Shown here one piece after another: positions 47,950 through 61,045 of a stretch of DNA of 64,000 bases. The notes beneath the pieces are model-generated. The model had not been told where the DNA came from. It saw nothing but the letters and a program-made list of their open reading frames with translations, and did no database searches. Each line of letters starts with the position of its first letter. The stretch's first letter is position 1. The stretch comes from Mobula hypostoma. Lineage: Eukaryota. A program made the position numbers and the translations under genes. The stretch lies in assembly GCF_963921235.1 (NCBI RefSeq), contig NC_086101.1:10728001-10792000 (forward strand), given 5' to 3'.

Positions 47950-48190
47950 GACAGTCCCCAGTCCAGCTGCAAAAGGAGGAGGGTTGGGTAGGGGGCAAGT
48001 AACCCCATCCCGTAAATTCTCAGGCTACAGAAACACCAACAGAAGCTCCAAAGACCTCATCCCGGGAGAGGAAGGATCTTGGAAGATGGGCTACATCAGG
48101 AAACAACTTGAAAGACTGTCCGAGGACCAAGGACTGGTGAGCTGCTGTTGTTGGACTCTGCCCCAGGAGGGGAGATGGGCTTCAGAAGAA
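47950..48190 (+). mobile_element. Short RTE-derived non-autonomous element (tentative)
   Basis: GGAGGAGGGTTGGG...AACCCCATCCCGTAAA resembles RTE 5' regions and is joined to an RTE-like 3' end. Pattern recognition only. Confidence 0.4.
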
Positions 48191-50097
48191 GGTCCCACGA
48201 ATCACAGTGTGACAACGAGGATTTCCAACTGAGACAGGAATACTGTCCGGGAGTGCGGTGAGAGACAACCGTCTCTCCCACCCAATCGGGAAGTTGCGGG
48301 TAACTCACTTACGGTCCCCTGCCTCTCCCCCACCACCTTTTTCTTTCCACACAACTCCACAAGTATTACTGTATCAGATCCCCTCGACAGAGTTACGTTG
48401 AATGAATTTCCATCTGACCGAGATCTGTAGATGCAGAAACCATTTCTTTCTCCGCCAAAATCTTCCTCCCATTAAACCACTTACTGCCTTATCTTCAACT
48501 GGAAACTATCCCCTGTTAAACCGTTCATGATGTGAAACACCTCCGTTCGCTCTCCCCTCATCCTTTCTAGCACACTTTCTTCACTGCCTTGTATAATTGA
48601 TGTAGAATTTAAGTCTTCAGCCGTTCTCTATGTCTGTGATGCTGTTGCAGACAAGTTTTTCATTGTTACACATGAGCTGCTGGATGGTAGGGGATGTCCG
48701 GGTTCTCACTGTGTGGGCGGACTCAGGCAGCGCCTATGGAGGGAGATGGACAATCAACATTTCCCCCGCGAAACTCTTCCCCTGAACAATCTGTTTCCCT
48801 CCACAGATTCTGCCCGGCCATCTGAATTACCTCAAGAATTGTGTGTGCATTGGTCGTGATCTTTCAAGTGTCACTTGATTCTGGCCTGGTCCCAGAGGAC
48901 TGGAAAATCCACAATGGGTTTGTTTGATCCTCGCCATCCAGGACTACTCTCCTCTCACTGATCCCATCAGGGAGAGGTACAGGAGCCTGAAGACACACTC
49001 AGTGTTTCCGGAACACCTTATTCTTTCTGCCATCAGATTTCTAAACGGACCAACAACGCTACCTCACTAGATTGCACCATGTATCATGTAGTAATATTAT
49101 TTACTGCACTGTCCTGAAGCCACAAAACAACGAATTTCACAACATAAATCAGTGATAATAAACCTGATTCTGATTCTAATTCATGACCCACGCTAGTAAA
49201 TCCTGTCTTCCTGAAGTATGGTGCCCAGAAATGGACCCAAGCCTCTATTCCTCAGCTGTGCAGATGTTCCCATAGCTTGTAATTTCCTGTCCGGGGGCTA
49301 CCTGTAATAGCATTAAGCTAACTGCTGGGCTACCGTGCCAGAGGAATTAGAGGGGTTTTGACAAAAATCTAAAAATGAAACAGTCACCGTCACTTATAAG
49401 ATGTGTTTACTTTAAGGCTAGATTTACTTGATATTTCAAGTTACATCCTGAATCGTTGGTGATAAGGTTTGAACTCTTGTGACAGTTTTAATTAGCCAGT
49501 CCGTTTTTTATACCCTTATCTGGAAAATCAAGTACTAATCGGTATAAACTGAGAAGGAAAAGAATTAACAGGAATTTTCACACAGAGGGTGGTCAGCCAT
49601 AGGAAGTATTTCCTGGGGCAGCACCAGCTAAAAGGAGGAGGCATAATATTAAGAGATTAGAGGAAATTATAGGGGGTTGTCAGATGTAGATTTTTACACA
49701 GAGTGGCATGTGCGTGGAACGCTTTGTAAGGGTGGTGGTAAGGCAGAAACAAAATGTTGTAACTGCTTGCAAACTTACAAAATGTTGTAAGCTGAAGTCA
49801 CTCGTTTCCAGCTTCTCAAGTACAGTCGATGAGCAGTAAATTTTATTCCTGTTACCGAGGCCCACATTCCGGCCACAAAAAATTCTTGTGCCTGTTCCCA
49901 GCAATTTTGTTTCTTCTCCTGCTGCAGTACCGGTTACCAGCAGCAGGCGGCGATCCTTCGCCGTGAAACTAACCTTTGGGCGGCTCGCCATCCCCGCCCT
50001 CTGGTCAAGAGCAGTACTGCAATACACTAAATTTCCTAATCTGCATCGGCTAGATATTACGAAAGAGGATGTGCTGGAGTTTTTGAAAATTATTAAC

Positions 50098-50256
50098 ACA
50101 AAATAATCGGCAGATGCTGGCGTCAAAGCAACACTCACAACACACTGGAGGAACTCAGCAGGTCGGGCAGCATCCGTGGAAACGATGAGTCAACGTTTCG
50201 GACCGGAGCCCTCCGCCAGGACTGAAGAGGGAAGGGGCAGAGGCCCTAAGTAAAGT
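50098..50256 (-). mobile_element. Penelope pseudo-LTR fragment inserted in CR1
   Basis: Same CAGATGCTGG...GGAACTCAGCAGG...AACGTTTCGG motif as the other copies. Flanks TTGAAAATTATTAACA / TTGAAAAGTATTAACA form a near-perfect TSD. Confidence 0.7.
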
Positions 50257-50896
50257 ATTGAAAAGTATTAACAAGTAATTCACTGGAACCGGATGATATA
50301 TACCCCAGGCTACTGTGGGAAGCTGGTGAGGAGATTACTGAGCCCTCTTGCGATGATCTTTGCCCTCATGAATAGGGATGGAAGAAGTACCGGAGGATTG
50401 CAGGGTTGCAAATGTTGTTCCTTTGTTCAAGAAAGGAAGTAGAGATAACCCAGGAAATTATAGACCAGTGATGGGCAAGTTGTCAGAGAAGATCCTAAGA
50501 GGCAGGATTTATGAGCATTTGGAGAGACCTAATCTAATTAGGGATGTTCAGCATGGCTTTGTCAAAGGTAGGTTGTGCCTTACGAGCCTGACTGAATTCT
50601 TTGAGGATGTACCAAACCACATTGATGAAGGTAGAGCAGTAGATGCATTGTAGCGTATATGGATTTCAGTGATGCATTTGATAAGATTCCCCATGAGAGG
50701 CTCCTTCAGAAAGTCAGGAGGCGTGGGATTCAAGGAGACCTTGCTTTGTGGATCCAGAATTGGCTTTCCCACAGAAGGCAAAGTGTGGATGTAAATGGTT
50801 CATATTCTGCACGCAGGTCGAGGGCCAGTAGTGTCCTGCAGGGATCTGTTCTGGGACCCTTCCTCTTTGTGATTTTTATAATCGACCTGGGTGAAG

Positions 50897-52185
50897 TGTC
50901 ATCGGGTTCGGATATGGCCCAAGGCCGAAAGCAGACAGGCAGCAAAGCATTGCTGTGTTGTGTCCAAGTCTCGACAAGCACTGCGAAGGAATGAATGGAG
51001 TTAAATGCTATCACAATGGAAAAAATGAGTAGCTGACACATGCACATTCACAAGTGCAATTGCCGTATCTACTGATCTACCAAATCCGTGATTATGACAG
51101 GCGCAAACCCCGAGGCACTGCAGTCCTGTGTCCGGTTGAAGTCCCGGATCAGCGACTTGTCCAAGATGTCCTTCACCAGGATCCAAGTACGTTCTTCTGG
51201 ATCGTGCATTTCCCAGTCCACAAGGTACTGAACCTTACCGCCTACCAGGCAAGATGCCAGGAGGCACCCCACCGTATAGACAGAGGAACCATCTACCAGT
51301 CGGGGAGGAGGGGGAGGTGGGGTGACTGGGGCCAGGGGAGAGGTAGTAACCAGATTGAGCTGGGAAACATGGAATACTGGGTGGATCTTCAGCGATGCTG
51401 GTAGATGCAATCTATAGGACACCTTCTTAACAGCCTTTTCCACTACGAACGGTCCCACGTAGCACGGTGCCAGTTTCCGGCTCGCGACTTTCAGGGGAAG
51501 ATCCCCTGATGCCAAGCAGACATCCAACCCTGGCTTGAATGGTCTTACCTGTCGACGGAGCCGATCAGTCTGCCGGGAATGTTGTTTCTGGGCGCACAGC
51601 AGAGAAGCCCTGGCTCGTCTCCAGGTGTGCTTGTGGCGCCGGATCAGCTGTTCAACAGCAGGAACTTCTATGTCAATCTCCTGTCGCAACCATGGTTTCG
51701 GTAGAGCAGCAGATGCGGCAATTGCGTTTGTGAATACGCACGTGTCAGCTAATTGTTATTTCATTGTGATAGCATTTAACTCCACTCATTCCGTCGCAGT
51801 GCTTGTTGAGACTTGCTGTCACCCGGTTTGGGTATGGCCCAAGTGCGGAGTGGCAGACACTGACGCGGGTCGATAGTTCACAGACTTTAATGTGAACAAT
51901 GTTAAAGGGAAAAGGGACTCTTGGCCAAACAGGGCCGTTAACTAAAACTCTCAAATGGGAAACGAAGCCTAAACTGCGGCTGAAAAGAACAGCTCAATAT
52001 AAAAGAAATACCGCTAGCCTTCAGAGACAGTTAACACGACGGTCCAATTTCTCAGACAAGGCCAAAAGCAGACGGGCAGCGAAACATTGCTGTGCTGTGT
52101 CCAAATCTCGACAAGCAGTACGACAGAACGAATGGAGTTAAATACTATCACAATGAAATAATAATTAGATGACACATCTATGACA
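50897..52185 (-). mobile_element. Deleted sushi-type chromoviral Gypsy element: 5' LTR 51817-52185, integrase C-terminus/chromodomain, 3' LTR 50897-51099
   Basis: ORF 51069-51689 reads KLAPCYVGPF, YRLHLPASLKIHPVFHVSQL and QYLVDWE...EERTWI (chromodomain). The two related TG...CA LTRs flank it. Confidence 0.88.
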
Positions 52186-53536
52186 CAAAATTGCTGTATG
52201 AGGCTATCATACAAAATATGAGGCTATCAGGCAGGAACTTGGAAGCATAAATTGGAAACCGATGTTCTCAGGGAAACGTACGGAAGAAATGTTGCAAACG
52301 TTCAGGGGATATTGGCCTGGGGTTCTGTATAGGTCCGTTCCAATGAGACAGGGAAAGGATGGTAGGGTACAGGAACCGTGGTGCACAAACGCTTTTGTAA
52401 ATCTAGTCAGGAAGAAAAGAAGAGTTTATGAAAGGTTTAAAAAAACTAGGTAATGATAGAGATCTAGAAGATTATAAAACTAGCAGGAAGGAGATTAAGA
52501 ATGAAATTAGGAGAACCAGAAGAGACCATGAGAAGGCCTTGGCAGACAGGGTTAAGGAAATCCCCAAGGCATTCTGCAAGTATGTGAAGAGCAAGAGGCT
52601 AAGACGTAAGAGAATAGGACCAATCAATTGTGACAGTAAAAAAAAAAGTATATAGAACCGGAGGAGATAGCAGAGGTAGTTCATGAATACTTTACTTCAA
52701 TATTCACTACAGAAAAGGATCTTGGCGATTGTAGGGTTCGCTTACAGTGGACTGAAAAGCTTCAGCATGTAGATATTAGGCAGAGAACATGCTGGAGGTT
52801 TTGGAAAGCACCAAGTTGGATAAGTCACCCGGATCGGATGAGATCTACCCCAGGCTACTGTGGGAAGCGAGGGAGGAGATTGCTCAGCCTCTGGCAATGA
52901 TCTTTGCATCATCAATGGGGACGGGAGAGATTCCGGAGGATTGAAGGGTTGCGGATGTTGTTCCCTTATTCAAGAAAGCGAGTAGAGATATCAGGAAATT
53001 ACAGACGACTGAGTCTTCAGTGATTGGTAAGTTGATGGAGAAGATCCTGAGAGGCAGGATTTATGAACATTTGGAGAAGTATAATCTGATTATAAGATGA
53101 TGAGAGGCAGTGTATAAGATGACGAGAGGCATTGATAGTGTGGACAGTCAGAGTTTTATTCCCAGCGTTGAAATGGTTGCCACAAGAGGACACAGGTTTA
53201 AGGTGCTGGGGAGTAGGTACAGAGGAGATGTCAGGGGTAAGTTTTTTACTCAGAGAGCAGTGAGTGCATGGAATGGGCTGCCGGCAACCGTGGTGGAGCC
53301 GGATACGATAGAGTCTCTTAAGCGACTTTTGGATAGGTATATAGAGCTTAGAAAAATAGAGGGGTAAACCTAGTAATTTCTAAGGTAGAGACATGTTTGG
53401 CACAACTTTGTGGGCCGAAGGGCCTGTATTGTGCTGTCGGTTTTCTATGTTTCTGTGACAAAATAAGGTTCTGGCAGCTTAAACATAGAAAGCTGAATAA
53501 ATCCCTGGGACCTGATCAAGTCTATCCTACGCCCTC

Positions 53537-54648
53537 TGTCACATCCACAACATGTCAGCTAATTATTATTTCATTGTAATAGTATTTAACTCCATTCTCG
53601 GTCACAGCACAGCAATGCCTCGCTGCGTGTTCACATTCGGCCTTTCATGAGAAATTGGACTGTCGAGTCAACTGACACTGAAGACTAGCGGATTTCATTT
53701 CATATTTAGTTGTTCCTTTCAGCCGCAGTGTAGGCTTCGTTTACCATTTGGGAGTTTTAGTTAACGCCCCTGTTTTGCCGAGTGTTTATTGTTTTATTTT
53801 CCTTTTAAGACGTTCGCATTGAAGTCTGTGAACTATCGGCCCACTTCGGGGTCTGTCACTCAGCACTTGCTCCATATCTGAACAGGATGACAGCAAGTTT
53901 CAACCGCCTCATCCCACTCCCAGCTTCACGCAGGTCCTCCTTTCCTGTTGCACCGACAGTCTCCGCTACTAATGTTCCCACTCCCGCACCCGGACCAGGG
54001 CCGACTCCCACGACTATATAGGCATCACCAGGCAGATATTATGTGATCCTGATAGTTGCAGGAATTTTATTACCCAATGCGAGCTGACATTACAAGCCCA
54101 ACCTGGCCGTTTTGGTGATGATGCGCGAAAACTGGCGTAGGTGGTCAATCTTCTTGAAGGACCTCCACTCAGCCTGTTCAACACTTTATGGGAGCAAGGA
54201 TACCCCGCAGCCCAGTCTTTCCGATATTTTGTGGTGGAGTTAAGGAGGGATTTTGATCTTCCAGTACGGTGTCAGGAGGCTGCCCACCGACTCTTGGACA
54301 TGCGCGAAAGCAGAGGAACAGTGAGAGCCTACAGAGTTAAATTCCGTACCCTTGCAGTAGAGATAAGGTGGAATGAGAGATCTCCCATCACTGCCTCTGA
54401 GCGTGGACTGAACGCAGGGGTCCAGCATCAGATTGCTGTCTGAAACGAGCAGGATAGGCTGGATGACCTGATTAATCTGGCTATTCGAGTTCACGATCGA
54501 GTGACTGAATGGTGCAGGGAAAGAATGTTTCAAACTTCCTACGCGCTGTCTGATCACCGTCTTTCTTCACCCTCTACCCCTCCCTCACCAGCTGACAATC
54601 TGATTCACATAAGAGAAGGGGATGAGTGGAAAACGGCTTTCAGCACCT
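53537..54648 (+). mobile_element. Second sushi-type Gypsy copy: LTR 53537-53892, gag remnant, RT fragment
   Basis: LTR homologous to 51817-52185 in the opposite orientation. Gag-like CRNFITQCEL...FVVELRRDFD...AYRVKFRTLAVEIRWNE and RT-like NLIHIREGDEWKTAFST. Confidence 0.85.
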
Positions 54649-54880
54649 CTATTAAATCAGTAGAAAAAGATGACATAGCATTGGAAGGTGTAGAGTCTCT
54701 ATGGGTTGAGTTAAGAAATGGCAAGGGTAAAGGGCCCTAATGGCAGTTGTATATAGGCCTCCAAACAGCATCCAGGATGTGGATTACAAATTACAGCAGG
54801 AGATAGAAAAGGCATGTCAGAAAGGCAATGTCATGATAATCATTGCGGATTTTAACATGAAAGTGGATTGGGAAAACCAG

Positions 54881-55060
54881 ACACGAGGAAATCTGCAGAT
54901 GCTGGAATTTCAAGCAACACACATAAAAGTTGCTGGTGAACGCAGCAGGCCAGTCAGCATCTCTAGGAAGAGATACAGTCGACGTTTCGGGCCGAGACCC
55001 TTCGTCCTGAAGGGTCTCAGCCTGGAACGTCGACTGTCCCTCTTCCTAGAGATGCTGCCT
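54881..55060. mobile_element. Palindromic Penelope pseudo-LTR-derived insertion with 11-bp TSD
   Basis: TSD GGGAAAACCAG at 54870-54880 and 55061-55071; inverted arms at about 54957-55003 and 55009-55055. Confidence 0.82.
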
Positions 55061-55165
55061 GGGAAAACCAGGAAAACCAGGGCAGTACTGGACCTCAAGA
55101 GAGAGAATTTGTAGAGTGTCAAAGGGATGGCTTTTTAGAAAAGCTTGTTGTTGAGCCTACTAGGG

Positions 55166-56354
55166 CAGCGGTCCCCAACCACCGGGCCGCAGAGCATGCG
55201 CTACCGGGCCGCGAGGGAACGATGTGATTTGGCGATATGAGTCAGCTGCACTTTTCCTCATTCCCTGTCACGCACTGTTGAGCTTGAACGCACGCGAGGT
55301 CATTACCCGCGCGTCGTCCGTGTCAGCGCGGGAAGGAGATCAACTCCTCGAGCTTGCAAATGACGGCGGGCTGAAAAGTATGTTTGACATAACATCTCTG
55401 CCGGCATTCTGGATCAAAGTCAAGGCTCAATATCCTGAGATAGCCACGGAAGCACCGAAAACGTTGCTTCCATTTCCAACACATCTCTGCGATTAATGTA
55501 ACAAAAACTAAATTGCGGATTAGTCTGGACATAAGGAACCCCATTCGAGTATCACTGTCCCCCATCATCCCTCGATAGGACCGTCTTGTTGCAGGAAAAC
55601 AAGCCCAGGGCTCCCACTGATTCAGCGATATTGGTGCGTTGCAATGATTTTATAAGTTCCTACGGGGAAAATATGCGCTGTGTTTAATATCCAAACGTTA
55701 CTTAAAATGTTATGATGCTATTGACTTATGTAACCATATAACAATTACAGCACGGAAGTAGGCCATCTCTGCCCTTCTAGTCCATGCCGAACGCTACTCT
55801 CACCTCGTCCCACCGACCTGCACTCAGCCCATAACCCTCCATTTACTTTCCTGTCCATATACCTATTCAATTTTTCTTTATATGATAATATCGAACCTGC
55901 TTCTGACACTTCTACTGGAAGTTCGTTCGACATTTAGCTCCCCTGTCTTCCCCTGATAATTGACTTATCGCTATATTCATGCGAGGAAAATGCGCTGTGT
56001 GTTTAATATTGAATTCGTTAGATAAAGCCTTTTAGAAACGAAATTCAGTGTATTAGCCACTTATCACCGATATTCCGGTCGTGATTAACAACCCCTCCGA
56101 ACAGAATCGCCAAACACGATTTGTGGAAAAATAATCGGCAGTTGAACGCATGCGCACCGGTGCCCGCGCAAGGCTTCATGGTCATTGTAGTCTTCACTAG
56201 GTAAACGCAACGTGTTTGACTGCTACTCCTGTCCGTTGGCAACCATCCCGCCCCCACCCCCACCCCCACCCCCCCGGTCGGCCGGACGGCCGGTCCGCAA
56301 GAATACTGTCAACATGAAACCGGTCCGCACTGCAAAAAAGGTTGGGGACCCCTG
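55166..56354 (+). mobile_element. Second copy of the non-autonomous hAT element, opposite orientation
   Basis: TIRs CAGCGGTCCCCAACC / GGTTGGGGACCCCTG; flanks TACTAGGG / CACTAGTG (6 of 8); same transposase remnant as 32434-33545. Confidence 0.9.
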
Positions 56355-56510
56355 CACTAGTGGATCAACTGTGCTGGACTTGGTGTTGTGCAATGATTTG
56401 GAGATGATAAGAGAGCTTAAGGTGACGGAACCCTTAGGGAACAGTAATCACAATATGATTGAGTTCACATTGAAAAAAGAGAGAAAAAAATAACATCCAA
56501 TGTGTCAGTA

Positions 56511-57879
56511 TGTCATAAGGGGGCGCTGAGAGGCGGACCCAAATGCAAGGCATGGGCACTGAAGTGCAAGGAACAGGACTAGGTGTGTCAAGATAGCTAG
56601 GGAAGTGGGGAAGTATGGACGCTGGATATTGACACGAGTCTTGGACGAGACTAGGATGCAGGGCCTGGGCTAGTGCTTGGGCAAGAACCATGGGAGCCAG
56701 ACGAGGAACAGGGTACTAGGAACCTGGACTAGGAGTCCGAGCCAGAGACAGGACAGGTATCAAGAACATGGTCTTGACTCAGGCTCGGAACCCAGATCTA
56801 GGCTAGGACTCGGGGCTAGGATCTTGGCAAGGACAGGACGTGGCTACAGGACAGAATGTAGAACTCCTTCACAGGACAAGGCACATGGACAGGACGAGAA
56901 CACAAAACTGCGACTTGGACAGGACGAGGGACTCCTGGACAGGACGGGGAAATCCGGTACTGGGCTGGGCGAGGTACTCCTGGGCTGGACGAGACACATG
57001 GACTGGACAAGAACACGAAGCCTTGACTTGGTCTTGGGAATTCGGAGCCTTGGACTGGGAACTCAGGAAACTCGGAGCCTTGGACTGGGAGAACTTAGGA
57101 ACCTCAGAGCCTTGGACTGGAAACTCAGGAACCTCGGACCCTTGGACTTGTAACTCAGGAACATGGAACACAGAGCCGGGTCCCCTCCTTGGGAGCAGGA
57201 CGTAGGGCCGGAATTGATACACAACACTCAGAGCTAGGACCCCCTCCTTAGGAACAGGACCAAGCGCCGACGCTCTTTCTATACACAGAACACTGAACAC
57301 GAAGAGACAGACTTCCACCCAGGGTAGCGGCAAACTGCTGGACCTACCTACCGAAGGTGAGTACACAGAGATAGTTCCTAACTCAAGGTAGCAGCAAATG
57401 GCCGGACCTACCTAGTGGAGGCGAGGACACAAAGAAATGGTTCCCAACACAAGTTAGCGGCAAACGGCCAGACCTACCTGGCGAAGGCGAGGACACAGAG
57501 ACAGTTCCCAAGTCAAAGGTAGCAGCAAACAGCCAGACCTACCTAGCGAAGGCGAGGACACGAAGAGACAATTCCAAACAACGACATACTTTTCCTTATC
57601 TAGACACAGCAAGGCCCCGGTCTTGCTTTAGCGGTTGAACCTGATGGCGATACAGGCGAGGTTACAGGCGAAGGCTTCAGAAGGAAGGGGAAGGGAAGGG
57701 AACCGTCTGGCAAACAATCCCTGGTTTGCAGAGGTATTGATGTGCCAGACCAAAATGAGAATCAAATTCCTCAATTAAAGCAGCCAACAGAACAAGGGAG
57801 AAAACAGGAAAACCCGGAAGAAGGATTGATGGACCGGACCGTGAACCGGAATGCAGACTTCACTGACCGGATCATGACA
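56511..57879 (-). mobile_element. Solo LTR with 5-bp TSD (CAGTA), related to 26357-27250, with internal tandem repeats
   Basis: TGTCA...TGACA termini; CAGTA at 56506-56510 and 57880-57884; tandem units of about 22-31 bp (57020-57160) and about 63 bp (57300-57570). Confidence 0.88.
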
Positions 57880-58109
57880 CAGTATTTCAGTGGAATAAAA
57901 GAAATTACAATGGCATGAGAGGGGAACTGACCGAAGTTGACTGGAAAAGGACATTTGCAGGTAGGGCAGCAGAGCAGCAATGGCTGGAGTTTCTGCAAAA
58001 TATGAGGGAAGTCCAAGACTGATATATTCCAAATAAGAAGAAATTTTCAAAGGGAATAAGGGCACTAGTGTGGCTGACAAGTGAATTAGAGGCAAAGTAA
58101 AAGCGAAAG

Positions 58110-59345
58110 ATCATGTCTAACAAGCCTGATAGAGTTCTTTGAGGAGGTGATCAGGCATATAGATGAGGGTAGTGCAGTGATGTGATCTATATGGATTTTA
58201 GTAAGGCATTTGACAAGGTTCCACACGGTAGGCTTATTTAGAAAGTCAGAAGGCATGGGATCCAGGGAAGTCTGGCCAGGTGGATTCAGAATTGGCTTGC
58301 CTGCAGAAGGCAAAGGGTCGTGGTGGAGGGAGTACATTCAGATTGGAGGATTGTGACTGGTGGTATCCCACAAGGATCTGTTCTGGGACCTCTTATTTTC
58401 CTGATTTTTATTAACGACCTGGATATGGGGGTAGAAGGGTGGGTTGGCAAGTTTGCAGACGACACAAAGGTTGGTGGTGTTGTAGATAGTGTAGAGGATT
58501 GTCAAAGATTGCAGAGAAACATTGATAGGATGCAGAAATGGACTGAGAAGTGGCAGATGGAGTTCAACCTTGAGAAATGTGACGCGGTACACCTTGGAAG
58601 GACTAACTCCAAGGCAGATTACAGTGTAAATGGCTACTTGGTAGTCTGGAGGAGCAGAGGGATCTGGGGGTACGTGTCCATAGATCCCTAAAAGTTGCCT
58701 CACAGGTGGATAGGGTAGTTAAGAAAGCTTATGGTGTGTTAGCTTTCATAAGTCGAGGGACAGAGTTTAAGAGTCGTGATGTAATGATGCAGCTCTATAA
58801 AACGCTGGTTGGGCCGCACTTGGAGTACTGTATCCAGTTCTGGTCACCTCACTATAGGGAGGATGTGGAAGCATTGGAAAGGGTACAGAGGAGATTTACC
58901 AGGATGCTGCCTGGTTTAGAGAGTATGCATTATGATCAGAGATTAAGGGAGCTAGGGCTTTACTCTTTGGAGAGAAGGAGGATGAGAGGAGACATGATAG
59001 AGGTGTACAAGATAATAAGAGGAATAGATAGAGTGGATAGCCAGCGCCTCTTCCCTAGGGCACCACTGCTCAATACAAGAGGACATGGCTTTAAGGTAAG
59101 GGGTGGGAAGTTCAAGGGGGATATTAGAGGAAGGTTTTTTACTCAGAGAGTGTTTGGTGCATGGAATGCACTACCTGAGTCAGTGGTGGAGGCAGATACA
59201 CTAGTGAAGTTTAGGAGACTACTGGACAAGTATATGGAGGAATTTAAGTTGGGGGTTATATGGGAGGCAGGGTTTGAGGGTCGGCACAACATTGTGGGCC
59301 GAAGGGCCTGTACTGTGCTGTACTATTCTATGTTCTATGTTCTAT
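58110..59345 (+). mobile_element. CR1 RT and 3' end fragment nested in another CR1
   Basis: ORFs 58320-58691 and 58706-59380 carry RT motifs; (TTCTATG)n tail near 59325-59346. Confidence 0.9.
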
Positions 59346-61045
59346 GTAAAAGAGAGGGCATACAAGGAAGCCGGAGCTAATGGGAAGGTAGATGATTGGC
59401 AAGCTTTTAAAAACTTGCAGAAGGAAATGAAGAAGGTCATTCGGAAGGAAAAGATGAATTACGATAAGGAACTGGTGACTAATACCAAAGAAGATACTGA
59501 GAGATTTATTAAGTATATAAAGGGAAAAAGAGAGTCGAGGGTAGATATAGGACCAATGCAAAATGACGCTGAAGATATTGCAATGAGAGATGCAGAGATG
59601 GCAGTGGAACTGAATGCGTATTTTGCATCAGCATTCACAGTACAGTATACCAGATATTCAAGAGTGTCAGGGAAATGAAGTTTGTTGCAGTGAAAATTAT
59701 GACTGAGAAGGTGCTCAGGTCTGAGGATGGATACATCTCTGGGACCTGATGGAATGCACCCTCGGGTTCTGAAGGAGGTAGCTATAGAGATTCTGGTGGC
59801 AGTAACGATGATCTTTCAAGAATCGATAGATTCTGGGATTGTACCGGATAACTGGAAAATTGCAAATGTTACTCCGCTATTAAGAAGGGTGGGAGGCAGC
59901 AGAAAGGAAACTATAGACCTGTTAGCCTAACATCAGTGATTGCAAAGTTGTTGGAATCGATAGTTACAGCGAGATTGCTGAGTACCTGGAAGCACATGAT
60001 AAGATAGGCCATAGCCAGCATGGTTTCCTGAAAGGAAAATCCTACCTGACTAAGCTACTGCAATTCTTTGAGGAAATTACAAGCAGAGTAGCCAAAGGAG
60101 ATGCAGTAGACATGGTGAACTTGGATTTTCAGGTCTTTGACAAGGTGCTGCACATGAGGCTGCTGAGCAAGATAAGAGCCCATGGAATTACAGAGGAGTT
60201 ACTAATGTGGGTGGAGCATTGGCTGGTGGGCAGAAAACAGAGAGTGGGAATAATTGGATCCTATTCTAGCTGGCTGCCGGTTACCAGTGGAGTTCCATAG
60301 ATGTCGGTGTTGGGACCGCTGCTTTTTATGATGTATGTTAATGATTTAGTATGAATGGATTTGTGGGTAAATTTGCCAATGGTACAAATATAGGTGGAGG
60401 AGTGGGGGAACCTGCAGAGACACTCAAACAGTTTAGGGTTGTGAACAAAGAAATAACAAATGAAATACAATGTTGAAAAGTGTATGGTCATGCACTTTGG
60501 TGGAAGAAATAAAAGGGCAGACTATTATGTAGATGAGGAGAGAATTCAAAATGCACAGATGCAACGGGACTTAGGAGTCCTTGTGCAAGATACACTGAAG
60601 GTTAACCTCCAGGTTGAGTCAGTTGTGAAAAAGGCGAATGCAAAGTTGGCATTCATTTCTGGAGGTATAGAATATAAGAGCAGGGATGTGATATTGAGGC
60701 TCTATAAGGCACTCGTGAGACCACACTTGGAGTATTATGTGCAGTTTTGGGCTCCTTATTTTAGAAAGAATATACTGACATCAGAGAAGGTTCAGAGAAG
60801 ATTCACGAGAATAATTTCAGGATGAAAGGGTTTACGTATGAGGATCATCTGGCAGATCTTGGGCTGTATTCCCTGGAGTTCAGGAGAATAAGGGGGGATC
60901 TCACAGAAGCATGCTGAATGTTAAAAGGCCTGAACAGATGAGATATGGCAACTTTATTTCCCATGCTAGGTGATTCTATGACAAGAGGGCACGACTTCAA
61001 GATTGAAGGACGTCCTTTTAGAACTGAGATGCGGAGAAATTATTT
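59346..61045 (+). mobile_element. Degenerate CR1 ORF2 (linker to RT)
   Basis: GPDGMHPRVLKE, WKIANVTPL, LDFQVFDKV and RPHLEYYVQFWAP motifs in short broken ORFs. Confidence 0.88.

Noticed and set aside
54141..54443. PEG10/RTL-like domesticated gag gene
   Set aside because: It has in-frame stops on both sides, an adjacent LTR and a deleted pol, so it is a decayed retrotransposon.
55224..55496. ZBED/SCAND3-like host gene
   Set aside because: It is only a short transposase C-terminal remnant inside a TIR-bounded non-autonomous hAT element that occurs twice in the window.
57020..57570. Regularly spaced repeats resembling a CRISPR array
   Set aside because: The units are degenerate tandem repeats with no unique spacers, lie inside a TSD-flanked LTR, and there are no cas genes; the context is eukaryotic.
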